DNA from: an uncultured Acidobacteriota bacterium
GTDB taxonomy: Bacteria; Acidobacteriota; Blastocatellia; RBC074
Direction of reading: 5' to 3'
DNA length: 64,000 nt
Assembly: GCA_963796275.1 (NCBI GenBank)
Contig: CAWCKY010000001.1
Coordinates: 1,120,001-1,184,000 of the forward strand
Shown: positions 10,681-20,626 of the stretch, in pieces
Numbering within the stretch: position 1 is the first letter of the stretch
Layout of the letters: every line of letters begins with the position of its first letter
The notes under the pieces: generated by a model
Told to the model about the DNA's origin: nothing
The model's database searches: none
What the model saw: the letters and a program-made list of their open reading frames with translations, nothing else
Program-made: the position numbers and the translations under genes

Positions 10681-10784
10681 CTGTCGCCCATTTCATGGGC
10701 TTGATCAATTTATCATGACTCACCCAGGGTTCCGGCTTTCGCCTCCACCCTGGGCTTTATCCTATCGTCCGCTTCGCGGGCTAC
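10681..10784. repeat. REP-like palindromic element
   Basis: gcccatttcatgggc, cccagggt...accctggg and ccgcttcgcgg palindromes. Confidence 0.65.
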
Positions 10785-10818
10785 AGCACTATCAACAACT
10801 TAGTTTACAGAGCACTGA

Positions 10819-12017
10819 GTACTTTGGCAACTAAGTCTTCAGATATCTTGAATTATCGGGCAAAACGTTCTGATAATGACGATTCAATTTGTTTCTCGCA
10901 GACTCGATCGAAAATTGCCAGTTGATTTTGATCTTCTTTTCGTTACGTTCTTTGATAATCGCCGAGACATCTCTCTCCAGTTGCTTAATAGTCGGGATGC
11001 GCCGGTTTAAACACTGACGCGCCACCGCCGAGAATTCACACTCGATCATGTTGAGCCAACTGGCAGACTTGGGCGTATAGTGAAACTCGAAACGTTGCGC
11101 CAGCGCAAAGGCCTCCGCCGCCGGCAAGTTTTGATAGAAGGAACCGGCGTGGTGGGTGTTTAAATTGTCCAGCACGAGTCGAATCTTTTTGGCCTCCGGA
11201 TATGCTGCTGCCAGTCTCTGAGCGAACTGCGTGAACTCTTTCTTAGTACGTTGCCAAGAGACCTGCGCGAGTCTTTGCCCGGTCAGTGGTTCGATGGCAG
11301 CTAGCACTGCACACGATCCGTTCTTCTGATAAGCGTAATGCTCTTTGCGGACTTGGCCGCTTTGCATCGCCAGCGGTTCAACCTCCTCCCCGATCAAGAA
11401 GCACGGGCGCTCGTCGAAGCAGACCACCGGGTAGTTTGGATCATAGGCCAGCGCATACAACCGGAGAATCTCCTCCATTTGCGCGAGAAACTTCGCGTCG
11501 ATCTTACCAAGACACCAAGTCTTGTTGAGGTGCGGTTTCAGTTCGTTTTTTTCAGGATGTTGCCAATATGGGTCTTGGATATCTCTTCGCAATAACCCAT
11601 CTCGACCACCTTATCGGCCAACAACCGCAAAGTCCAACGCACATGCCCTTCGGGCGCTTCGCTGCAGGCCAAGGCTGTGATCTTCGCTCGCAACTTGCCG
11701 TCGATCTCCGGCGGACGTCCCGACCGCGGGGCATCTTCCAGGCACTTGAGGCCTTGCTCTTTGTACTTATCACGCCAGGCCATGACCGTCACTCGGCTGA
11801 CGCCGAGGGTTTCGGCTACCGCTTCGAGTGTCTTGCCGCGATCAAGTTCGAGCAAGCCCGTGGCTCGCTTGAAAGTTTTGGCCGGTAATTTCCCCTTGGA
11901 GATCAGGGACTCCAGATAGTCCCGGTCTTTTGCTTTTAATTTGACGTGCCGTTTTTTCATTTTCCCATGCTCTGGGAATGGTGATCCGCGTGTCAAATCA
12001 CATAGTTGCCAAAGTAC
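10819..12017 (-). mobile_element. IS630-family insertion sequence, apparently intact
   Basis: Perfect 15-bp inverted repeats gtactttggcaacta (10819-10833) / tagttgccaaagtac (12003-12017); split HTH and DDE ORFs. Confidence 0.93.
10831..11960 (-). CDS. IS630 transposase (orfA HTH + orfB DDE), joined by a -1 frameshift
   Basis: orfA PRSGRP, WTLRLL; orfB CFDE, LDNLNTH, SWLNMIE; slippery AAAAAAAC on the minus strand at 11552-11545. Confidence 0.9.
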
Positions 12018-12320
12018 TGAGCAACTATGATCCTATTTAGTTTTCGAAATAAGTCCCCTGAATGGAGACTGCCAATACATACTTATAAGATTTAGTAATG
12101 TCTGGAAATGTAGCGAAACTGTAGATCACTATCTTCATTTTTCTACTCATAGACACCCCTGATCTGCTTCGGAAGAGCCGGATGTTTGTAGGATTCGATC
12201 CAATCTCTAATCGGCTCCAAGGGCCGGATGTATAATCTACCGCGCCAACCGTTATCGCCTTCACTCCTATGACGCTTTTTACACTGTCACAATCCTATTT
12301 CCGAGCCGCTCGCGAGCGAG

Positions 12321-12350
12321 TTGATTTGATCGCATCGATTCTGTTAGAAA
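12321..12350 (+). promoter_or_regulatory. Candidate sigma70 promoter for the T-box/aspS transcript
   Basis: TTGATT-N18-TAGAAA with TG before the -10; places the start site just 5' of Stem I. Confidence 0.4.
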
Positions 12351-12358
12351 TAAGTTAA

Positions 12359-12588
12359 CTCATTGACGAGGACAGACCCCTCCGAGAGGCTTTCTCGAAA
12401 CGGAAGCTGATATGAACGCATCAGCAGGCCCTAGTAGAGAAAGACGTCACGCTACGAGACAGCGCAAACGAGAGCCGCATCGGTCGGAAGCTGGATGGCA
12501 CCGCCGCAATAAGATTCGAAGGATTTGTGGTTCCAGCGGAAATTCTCCGGATAAACCGGATAACCTGGTAAAAGGATTTTCCGCTATG
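12359..12588 (+). ncRNA. Translational T-box riboswitch, Asp (GAC) specifier, ultra-small Stem I
   Basis: K-turn Stem I with GAC loop; Stem II with GAA/AGUA; IIA/B pseudoknot; T-box AAGCTGGATGGCACCGCC; antisequestrator; SD-sequestering hairpin. Confidence 0.85.
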
Positions 12589-13899
12589 GAACAAACATTC
12601 AAGCAGCGCGCGCTCATTACTACCCTCGATCAATTCATCGATCAGGAAGTTCTTCTTCGAGGCTGGGTCTACCGGCTTCGCCTCCTGGCCAAAACTACCT
12701 TCATCGTCATCAGAGATTGTTCGGGAGACGCGCAGTGCGTGGCCGAATCCGAATTAATCAAAGACCATCATCTCAAGCTCGATGATTGCATTGAGATACA
12801 GGGGTGCGTCAGGGCCGATCAGCGCTCAAAAGCAGGCTATGAAGTTCTGATTAACCAGGTCAGAGTGTTGAATCGCTCGGCCACCGGTTTACCATTCAAC
12901 TCGTCCTCGAAGATTGAAGCGGTCGGGCAGGAGACCTTGATGGAATACCGTCCTCTGGCGGTTCGCAATGAGGCGATCGGAGATGTGTTTCGGGTTCAGG
13001 CCGCGGCGCTGAATTATTTCAGGGAATATCTGGCGAGCCGGCGCTTCACGGAGATCATCACCTCGAAAATAGTAGCATCCGGGACTGAAGGTGGAACGAA
13101 TCTCTTCGAGCTGAAATATTTCGACCGCGTGGCCTATCTGGCGCAGAGCCCTCAGTTCTACAAGGAGCATGGAGTCGCGGGTTTCGAGCGAGTCTATGAG
13201 ACGGGGCACGTTTACCGTGCGGAGCCTCACGCGAGCAGTCGCCACCTGACCGAGTATTACTCGCTCGATTTCGAGGTCGGGTTCATCGATGGGCCGGAGG
13301 ATGTCATTCAGATCGAGCGAGAGCTACTGTCCTACATCTTCGAGCGACTCAACCAAGAGTACGGACATATTCTTGAGCGGTATAGAGAAAATCCACTCCC
13401 GTCGATGCTCGAAGTTCCGATCTGGGAGTTCGGCCGATGCCTCGAACTTCTGAAAGAAAACTTCGGCCGGACGGATCTGACAGATGACCTCGATCCGGAA
13501 GGGGAGCGGCAGTTATGCGCTCTTGTGGAGAAGGAGGCGGGAGTCGCCGCAGTCTTTGTGATCGGTTATTCGCTCGCTAGCCGGCCTTTTTACACGGCGC
13601 CGCGCGAAACGGGAGGAACGCCAGGGGCGGCGCAAAGCTTCGACCTTTTGTTTCAAGGAGTCGAGATAACGACCGGCGGACAGAGATTACATCGCAGGGA
13701 AGATCTCGAGGCGGCGCTGCGCGGACGCGGGATTGATCCGGTCGGTTTTGAGAGCCATCTCAAAATGTTCGAGCTGGGTATGCCGCCGCATGGCGGGCTC
13801 GCCATCGGGCTCGAACGTCTGACGAGTCAAATCCTCGGACTGCGCAATATACGTGAAGCAACGCTCTATCCGCGTGACCGCTATCGGATAACGCCTTGA
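12586..13899 (+). CDS. aspS: Aspartyl-tRNA synthetase, archaeal-type (short form)
   Basis: OB-fold GWV, EGGTNLF, YLAQSPQFYK, YRAE, GMPPHGGLAIGLERL, YPRD; SD aagga before ATG 12586. Confidence 0.92.
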   Translation: MEQTFKQRALITTLDQFIDQEVLLRGWVYRLRLLAKTTFIVIRDCSGDAQCVAESELIKDHHLKLDDCIEIQGCVRADQRSKAGYEVLINQVRVLNRSATGLPFNSSSKIEAVGQETLMEYRPLAVRNEAIGDVFRVQAAALNYFREYLASRRFTEIITSKIVASGTEGGTNLFELKYFDRVAYLAQSPQFYKEHGVAGFERVYETGHVYRAEPHASSRHLTEYYSLDFEVGFIDGPEDVIQIERELLSYIFERLNQEYGHILERYRENPLPSMLEVPIWEFGRCLELLKENFGRTDLTDDLDPEGERQLCALVEKEAGVAAVFVIGYSLASRPFYTAPRETGGTPGAAQSFDLLFQGVEITTGGQRLHRREDLEAALRGRGIDPVGFESHLKMFELGMPPHGGLAIGLERLTSQILGLRNIREATLYPRDRYRITP

Positions 13900-14057
13900 T
13901 TCAGATAGCGCAAAATAGCTTTATTACGGAGCTAAATCGAAACACGCGAAATTAATTCAGAAGGCAACCACGGATTTTCAAGGATGCGACGGATCAAACA
14001 CGAATTACTGTGATGCAATACCGGGAGCGTAAGCCATTAGTATACCAACAAGTCTTT

Positions 14058-14252
14058 GCGCCGAAGGCGCAGTGGAATGTAGCCGGTGGCGGAGCGAAGC
14101 GGAACCACCGGAAGCGCGCCGAATATGTGACGCGCCCTGGTAGGGGCGCAGGATCCGGCGCCCCTCCGGGACGCAAATTCTCTTTTGATCTATCCCGGTG
14201 GTTACGCTTCGCTCCACCACCGGCTAATTTCGAGCGTCCCTTCGGGACGCAA
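14058..14252. repeat. Large REP/BIME-like palindrome
   Basis: tagccggtggcggagcgaagcggaaccaccgg pairs with ccggtggttacgcttcgctccaccaccggcta; smaller hairpins flank it. Confidence 0.8.
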
Positions 14253-14476
14253 GGCACCTTTCGTGGTATACGGTTGGTTGGAAGATGTCGGTTATGATTG
14301 AAAAGCATTTGGGCGGCAGAAATTGATTGAGTCCTTTTGCGACCATCGACTGTTGCTTCCGCTTTATAACAAGCCGCTGAGCAGCATAATCGCCAGGCGC
14401 GTGAGCCTCTGAATAGCGTTATGGTCGGAATCGCTTATCAAAGCATCCAGCAAAAGCATCCAGCAATAATGCGGAT

Positions 14477-16984
14477 TCAGTCATACTTCAACGCAATCTT
14501 CGGATCCACTTTTGTAGCTCTCCGCGCAGGGATGTAGCATGCCAGCAATGCCACGGTCGTCAGCAGCAATCCGACCCCTCCGAATGTGATCGGATCGCTC
14601 GCCTTTACTCCATAGAGTAACCCGGACATCAACCTCATCAATGCAAATGAAGCGGCCAGGCCGATGAACACGCCGAGCATTGCCAGCCTCATTCCTTTCT
14701 TTATCACTAATCCGAGAATGTCTCTCGGTCGCGCCCCCAGCGCGACGCGGACTCCGATCTCCACCATATGCTGTGTGACGAAATAAGAGAGCACACCGTA
14801 GGTACCCAAGGTTGCCAGCACCAATGCCAGCCCGGCAAAGACCGTTAGCAATGTCATTCCCATCCGTCGCAGCGCAGTCTCCTCGTCGATAATTTCACCC
14901 ATAGTTGAGATATCGGATACCGGCTGATCCGGATCGACGGCCTGTACCTCTCGGCGGACCGACGGCACTATCTTCGTGGGGTCGATGGAAGTACGAATAA
15001 CCAGATCGCGCGGCCTGAACCATTCGTGGGTTTTGATCTGCCTGTAGGGGATATACATCTCGGCGCTGACCGGAGCATCGAGACCCATTTGCTTGACATC
15101 GGCGACGATACCGACAATCGTCATCCACTCGCTCTCCAAATATGGGTCGTTAACTTTAATCCGTTTCCCCAGCGCGTCTCCATTCACCCGTGTCTCATAT
15201 GTCCCCTCGTTTGTCCCGTTTGTCCCGTTTGCCCCGATTGCCCCGTTTGGCCAATATTGACGTGCCATAGTTTCGTTGATGATCGCGATGGGCATCGATT
15301 GCGCGATGTCACTTTCATTGAAATAACGCCCTCCGCGTAAAGTAATACCCATCGTCTGCAGGTAATCGACGCTGACCTGGCGGTGGTTGGCATCGGATGA
15401 CAACCCTTCGACCTTCATCTCCTTCTCTGAACGGCCCTCGATTGCGATTGCGCTAGTGCCTCCTTTCCACGCCAGAGGTACAGTGGTTGTGTAACCTGCC
15501 GAGACCACGCCCGGAAGCCCCTTCACTCGCTCCAGCACCTGGTCAAAGAAAAATGTACTCATCGCGTGGTCGGCATTTTTTTGTTTTGGCAAAGATGTTT
15601 GCAGCCTGACCAGATTTTCCGGGCGGATGCCTGAATACTGATTACGCAGCTTGTAGAAGGTCTGAATGAGCAAACCTGCTCCCACCAGCAATACCAGCGC
15701 GAGGGCGATTTCCGCGACGACCATTGCGCTTCGCAATAAGTTGCCGCCGATGCCCAATCCGCCGGACCAGCCGGCCTGTTTCAATGTTCGATTTAAATCG
15801 GGTTTCGACGCCTGCAACGCGGGAGCCAGACCGAAGATCATTCCAGTGATCAATGAGATCAATAATGAGTAACCGAGCACTTTCGCGTCGATGCTCAGTT
15901 TGGTCGTGAGCGCCATACCTTCAGGGATCATCTTCTCCAGGAAGGAGAAACTCGCGACGGCGAAGAGCAGCCCGATCATCGCCCCGACAAGGGAGAGCAG
16001 AATGCTTTCTGTCAGTAGTTGCCTCAATATACGCCAGCGGCTTGCGCCGAGCGACGTTCGAATGGCGATCTCCTTCTGGCGGCTGGCCGCGCGCGCGAGC
16101 AGTAGATTGGCGACATTCGCGCATGCTATCAAGAGCACGAATCCGACGGCCGCCAGCAGGATGACCAATGGACGGTTGACATCTCCCGCCAGTTCTTCGC
16201 GAAGCGGAAGAACGTAGGCAGAGATCTTTCCGGCCTCATTGGGATAATCGCGTGCTATCCGCTGCTGGATCGTCTTAATGTCTGAGTCGGCTCGCTCAAT
16301 CGACACCCCCGGCCTTGTACGCCCAACGACGAGCAGATAATTGCTATTGCGATCAACCAATTCCTGCTGCGACATTCCCATTGGAACCCAGAGGTCGATG
16401 AAGTCTTTGATAAATTGAAATCCAGCAGGCATCACCCCGATAACTTTGTGTCCCACGCCGTCGAGCAATATCTCTTTTCCGATTATCCCTCGATCGCCAC
16501 CGAATCGATTCTGCCAAAATTTATAACTTATAACCACGACCCTGTTTGCACCCGGGGCGTCTTCATCGAGTTGAAAGGTGCGCCCCAACATCGGGTTGAC
16601 CCCGAGGACCGGAAAGAAATCCGCGGTCACTCCGTATGCGATGACTCTTTCGGGCCGGACGATGCCGGTCAGATTGAATTCGCGCCAATCGAGCGCCGCC
16701 ATTCTCTCAAAGGTCTGATTCTGCGCTCGCCAGTCGTTGAAGTTTGCAGGCGCCGGCTGGTTTCGCGGGAAACCCGCTGATGTTGCATCTTCCCATACCA
16801 TCCCCAGCTGCTCGGGATTGGGGTAAGCGAGCGGCTTGAGCAAGACCGCATTAACCAGGCTGAAGATCGCCGTATTGGCGCCGATCCCCAGCGCCAGGGA
16901 GAGCACAGCCACTGATGTAAATCCCCGGCTCTTCCACAGCCCACGCCATCCATAACGCATGTCTTGAATCAGCGTACTCATCAT
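14477..16984 (-). CDS. ADOP-family (MacB/FtsX duplicated) ABC permease
   Basis: [52 protein letters not shown]. Confidence 0.95.
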   Translation of the reverse strand: MMSTLIQDMRYGWRGLWKSRGFTSVAVLSLALGIGANTAIFSLVNAVLLKPLAYPNPEQLGMVWEDATSAGFPRNQPAPANFNDWRAQNQTFERMAALDWREFNLTGIVRPERVIAYGVTADFFPVLGVNPMLGRTFQLDEDAPGANRVVVISYKFWQNRFGGDRGIIGKEILLDGVGHKVIGVMPAGFQFIKDFIDLWVPMGMSQQELVDRNSNYLLVVGRTRPGVSIERADSDIKTIQQRIARDYPNEAGKISAYVLPLREELAGDVNRPLVILLAAVGFVLLIACANVANLLLARAASRQKEIAIRTSLGASRWRILRQLLTESILLSLVGAMIGLLFAVASFSFLEKMIPEGMALTTKLSIDAKVLGYSLLISLITGMIFGLAPALQASKPDLNRTLKQAGWSGGLGIGGNLLRSAMVVAEIALALVLLVGAGLLIQTFYKLRNQYSGIRPENLVRLQTSLPKQKNADHAMSTFFFDQVLERVKGLPGVVSAGYTTTVPLAWKGGTSAIAIEGRSEKEMKVEGLSSDANHRQVSVDYLQTMGITLRGGRYFNESDIAQSMPIAIINETMARQYWPNGAIGANGTNGTNEGTYETRVNGDALGKRIKVNDPYLESEWMTIVGIVADVKQMGLDAPVSAEMYIPYRQIKTHEWFRPRDLVIRTSIDPTKIVPSVRREVQAVDPDQPVSDISTMGEIIDEETALRRMGMTLLTVFAGLALVLATLGTYGVLSYFVTQHMVEIGVRVALGARPRDILGLVIKKGMRLAMLGVFIGLAASFALMRLMSGLLYGVKASDPITFGGVGLLLTTVALLACYIPARRATKVDPKIALKYD

Positions 16985-17127
16985 CTCCTCCTCTGCTTTG
17001 AGCAATTCACCGCATAATTTGCAAAAATGATCAAAAAATCATGACAATGGCAAAGCCACAATAGGCTGTCCGGTGGGCTATTGATGGCCGATTAAAAATT
17101 TTATGGTGAATCAATCTATTCGATTGT

Positions 17128-20100
17128 TCAGCGTTGTGATTCAACGGCGATCGAAACTCGCCCTGATGTCTCAACTTCGGGTTCGTATACGCCAGCAACT
17201 ACACTCGCTTTTCTCTCGAGCTTCCTCCATCCGACCATCGGCCCGTTTAATGCCGCCAGCACCGATTTGATCATCACGTAATAGATCACCTGCCGGTGAC
17301 AGAAACGCTGCAGACACATCCAACAGAGGAGGCTCCATTGCTCGCGCTTCTCCATCGCAAAGGCGAGGATTGACGTCAATAAATCAACTCCCAAAAACAG
17401 TGCGTAATAAAAGACCACATGCTTCAGGTTCCCGATCGGATAGCCATCCGTGCATCCGAGCCGCTCGAGGACGGCTGCAACAATTGCCCAGATGAGCATC
17501 AAATCGATCACCGGGGAGATCGAAGCAAATATGATTTGAAAGATCCATACATTCGGCATGGCGATAAATCCGAGGGCGCCATATTTCGGCCGAAACAGCG
17601 CATCGCGATGCTTCCACATGCACTGCAGTGTCCCGAACGACCAGCGGAACCGTTGCTTCACCAGGTCTCTCACAGTCTCCGGCGCCTCGGTCCATGCGAT
17701 TGCGTCCTCCTCATAGACGATCCGATAACCGAGCCGGCGAATGTTGAGCGTCAATTCCTGGTCTTCGGCCAGAGTATCCGGGATCCACCCTCCGCATCGA
17801 TCGAGCAGTTCGCGGCGACACGCTCCGACTGCTCCGGGAATGATGGTGATGCAATTAAGCGCGGCGAAGGCGCGCCGGTCGAAGTTCTGCGAGGTGATGT
17901 ATTCGAGCGCCTGCCAGCGCGTGATCAGATTGTTGCGATTGCCGACCTTGACGTTGCCCGCCACCGCGCCGACGGTCGGGTCGGCGAAACGCCGCGCCAA
18001 CATGCCGATCGTCTCTCTCTCGAAGAACGTATCGGCATCGAGCCCGACTATCACCTCGCCTTTGGCGTAACGCAGGCCGTAATTCAACGCTTCGGCCTTT
18101 CCGCAGTTCGGGATATTGAATATTTTGACGCGCCCCTCGCTATTGAATTTTTCGCTGACTACCTCAGTGGTACGATCCGTAGAGCCGTCGTCGATGACGA
18201 TGATCTCAAGATTCTGGTAGGTCGATAGGAGCAGGGAATCGATCGTCTGCACGATCACCTTTTCTTCGTTGTATGCCGGCACGATCACCGAGACGAAGGG
18301 CTGATAGTCTGGGCTCGTTTGAATTTGCCCCCGACTCCTCAACCATTGGGCGAACGCCAGCAAACCTATAAAGATCGCTCTGAGTATGCCCAACGCGATG
18401 CCTATCATAAATATCCACCGCATCCCCCATCCGGTATAGGAAAGCGCATAAAATGTCGATGCAACCGCGGTCGTATAGATTTCTTGAATAGTCTGTTCGC
18501 CTTGCACCGGCGGCATAACATCATTGCGCGTCAAACCCGCCAGATCCGAAATCGTCGCGAAGCGATAGCCGCGGGATCGCAGATCGCGGATCAGACTCGG
18601 TAAGGCCTCGACCGTTTGTGAACGATCGCCGCCGCCGTCATGCAGAAGCACGACCTGACCCCGCTTTTTCGATTCGGGATTTGTGATACCAGCTATCGTT
18701 TTATCGACAATCGCCTGGGCTCCGGGTAACGACCAGTCTTTAGAATCGACTCCCGCCGCGACAGTGATGTAGCCGAGTTCGTTGGCGATCCACGTCGGCT
18801 CGACCTTCTCCGGTGTGCTCGGTTCACTGCCGAAGTATGGAGGGCGAAAGAGCTTCGTCGTTCGCCCCGTCAACGATTCGATCAGCATCCGCGTGGCGTT
18901 GAGTTCCAATCTGATCAGGCCCGCGTTTATTTCATCGAGCGTCGGATGCGTGAAGGTGTGATTTCCAATTTCGTGCCCCTCGTCAACGATGCGCTGCACC
19001 AGAGCTGGATCGGCTTGCCCGTTCTGCCCGATGATGAAAAACGTGGCCTTGATCTGTTCCCGCTTGAGGGTATCAAGAATGCGCGGCGTCCAGTCGGCAT
19101 GAGGCCCGTCATCGAAAGTTAACGCGACGAGGCCCGGCCTGTGTCCCGATCGCTGGATCACATATGATGATGGTAACACCTGATACTGATCGGCTGTGAT
19201 GATCCTACTTTCAGGATCGATGTCGATGCTGCGCGTGCCATCTTTCGGCCCGGTCAATATCTGTAATATTTCCCCATTCCCTAAAATATCGATACCGTAA
19301 CCATGGCGGAGCTGTTGCAGGCCAGTAGGCGATGCGCTCATCTTGTTTCTGCCGAATACCGACCACAAAGAAGGGTCTTCCGAGCCGAGACGCCAGAGCG
19401 CAAAGCCGGACACGCCGTAACTGCGCGCTTCGATCATCTGGTTGTAGGCGGTCACGGCATCGAGAAACCAGACCTCATGCTGTGAACCGTCTTTTTCGTA
19501 TTTGAAATATGGGTTGAGCTCAACCGGATCGAAGCTGATCTTCGCCTTTGATTTGTCCGCGGCCAGCATGGCCTCGCGGAACGTCATGACCGTCGGTTTC
19601 CCTTCCACTTGCCAGTCGTATCCATACCCGCCGATACAGAGAATGGTCTTCTCAGGCGCGAGTTCGCTCATTCGCTTTTCGAGCTTATTTTGGAACCACG
19701 GTTGGCTGCAGACGCTGCCGGGGGTGCTCCCTGCCCAATGCTCGTCGTAAGCCATCAACATCAGATAATCGGTGGCTTCCGCGTAAGCTCGGTAATTCCA
19801 ATTGCCGTCATCGAAGGGAACCGCCTCGATCACCAACCATCCGCGCTGATTGAATAAAGCGTGAAGCTCCTGCATAAACAACAGGAGGTTCGGCTGAGCG
19901 TCCGCCGGCACTTGTTCGAAGTCAACGCAGATGCCCTGCCACTTGTTTTCATCGATAACGCGAGTCAGTGAAGAGATCAGCTTCCGCCTGCTGTCTTCGC
20001 TCTCGAGGGCGTGAACGAGCGCCGCGACATCCCAACTCCCACCGTTAGAATTGTGAATCATAGGGATGACAGGCGTGTTCGGCGCTTGACTGCGAATCAG

Positions 20101-20529
20101 ATCGAACGCTTTCTGATCTATCTCGCGCACGACCGGCTCATCGCCGTCCTGTAATCGCATCCACTGCGGTACCACCACGTCAAGCTCCGTCAAATTGCGT
20201 TGGAGCGAAAGATAACTCGAATTATCCCAGTTGACATAAAACCCGATCGCGAGCGGCTTTGACGACCTGGTCCGCGATGCCGGCTTTTGCCCCTCGCTGT
20301 CAGTCGATACTTGCTGAAGTTGCGATTTGACGCCGGCGTCGGAAAGCGAGTTTTCGGCCGGTTTAAGGTTTAATTGCGGCATTGCCGGAAGTGAAACAAC
20401 TCTACCGATGAAAATTGTGGCGAGAGTCGTAATCGTCAAGCCGATGATGATCCAGGTAAGGCGTACACCTTTTTTTCTTCGGCCTTTAGGATCGTAAAAC
20501 ACCTGATGCCGATTTTTATTTAATGCCAT
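17128..20529 (-). CDS. Fused GH18-like + polysaccharide deacetylase (CE4) + GT2 synthase
   Basis: CVDFE, LMAYDEH, WRLGSED; TFDDGP, NHTFTH, FRPPY, LLHD; DDGSTD, DAD, AED, QRFRW; TM helices. Confidence 0.92.
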   Translation of the reverse strand: MALNKNRHQVFYDPKGRRKKGVRLTWIIIGLTITTLATIFIGRVVSLPAMPQLNLKPAENSLSDAGVKSQLQQVSTDSEGQKPASRTRSSKPLAIGFYVNWDNSSYLSLQRNLTELDVVVPQWMRLQDGDEPVVREIDQKAFDLIRSQAPNTPVIPMIHNSNGGSWDVAALVHALESEDSRRKLISSLTRVIDENKWQGICVDFEQVPADAQPNLLLFMQELHALFNQRGWLVIEAVPFDDGNWNYRAYAEATDYLMLMAYDEHWAGSTPGSVCSQPWFQNKLEKRMSELAPEKTILCIGGYGYDWQVEGKPTVMTFREAMLAADKSKAKISFDPVELNPYFKYEKDGSQHEVWFLDAVTAYNQMIEARSYGVSGFALWRLGSEDPSLWSVFGRNKMSASPTGLQQLRHGYGIDILGNGEILQILTGPKDGTRSIDIDPESRIITADQYQVLPSSYVIQRSGHRPGLVALTFDDGPHADWTPRILDTLKREQIKATFFIIGQNGQADPALVQRIVDEGHEIGNHTFTHPTLDEINAGLIRLELNATRMLIESLTGRTTKLFRPPYFGSEPSTPEKVEPTWIANELGYITVAAGVDSKDWSLPGAQAIVDKTIAGITNPESKKRGQVVLLHDGGGDRSQTVEALPSLIRDLRSRGYRFATISDLAGLTRNDVMPPVQGEQTIQEIYTTAVASTFYALSYTGWGMRWIFMIGIALGILRAIFIGLLAFAQWLRSRGQIQTSPDYQPFVSVIVPAYNEEKVIVQTIDSLLLSTYQNLEIIVIDDGSTDRTTEVVSEKFNSEGRVKIFNIPNCGKAEALNYGLRYAKGEVIVGLDADTFFERETIGMLARRFADPTVGAVAGNVKVGNRNNLITRWQALEYITSQNFDRRAFAALNCITIIPGAVGACRRELLDRCGGWIPDTLAEDQELTLNIRRLGYRIVYEEDAIAWTEAPETVRDLVKQRFRWSFGTLQCMWKHRDALFRPKYGALGFIAMPNVWIFQIIFASISPVIDLMLIWAIVAAVLERLGCTDGYPIGNLKHVVFYYALFLGVDLLTSILAFAMEKREQWSLLCWMCLQRFCHRQVIYYVMIKSVLAALNGPMVGWRKLERKASVVAGVYEPEVETSGRVSIAVESQR

Positions 20530-20626
20530 GACCTCTTTCTTATGATTAAGTTGGTGCTACTAACTCGATCAATAAAGGGCGTTATTTATTGATGTGGGCT
20601 TGTGGGAGAACGGTACTTAAGATGAT

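Noticed and set aside
12406-12425. AAC (Asn) loop as the T-box specifier
   Set aside because: This hairpin caps Stem II between GAA and AGUA; the K-turn-bearing Stem I loop carries GAC
12412-12585. 58-aa N-terminal extension of AspRS in the ORF track
   Set aside because: It runs through the riboswitch; the SD and synthetase homology begin at ATG 12586
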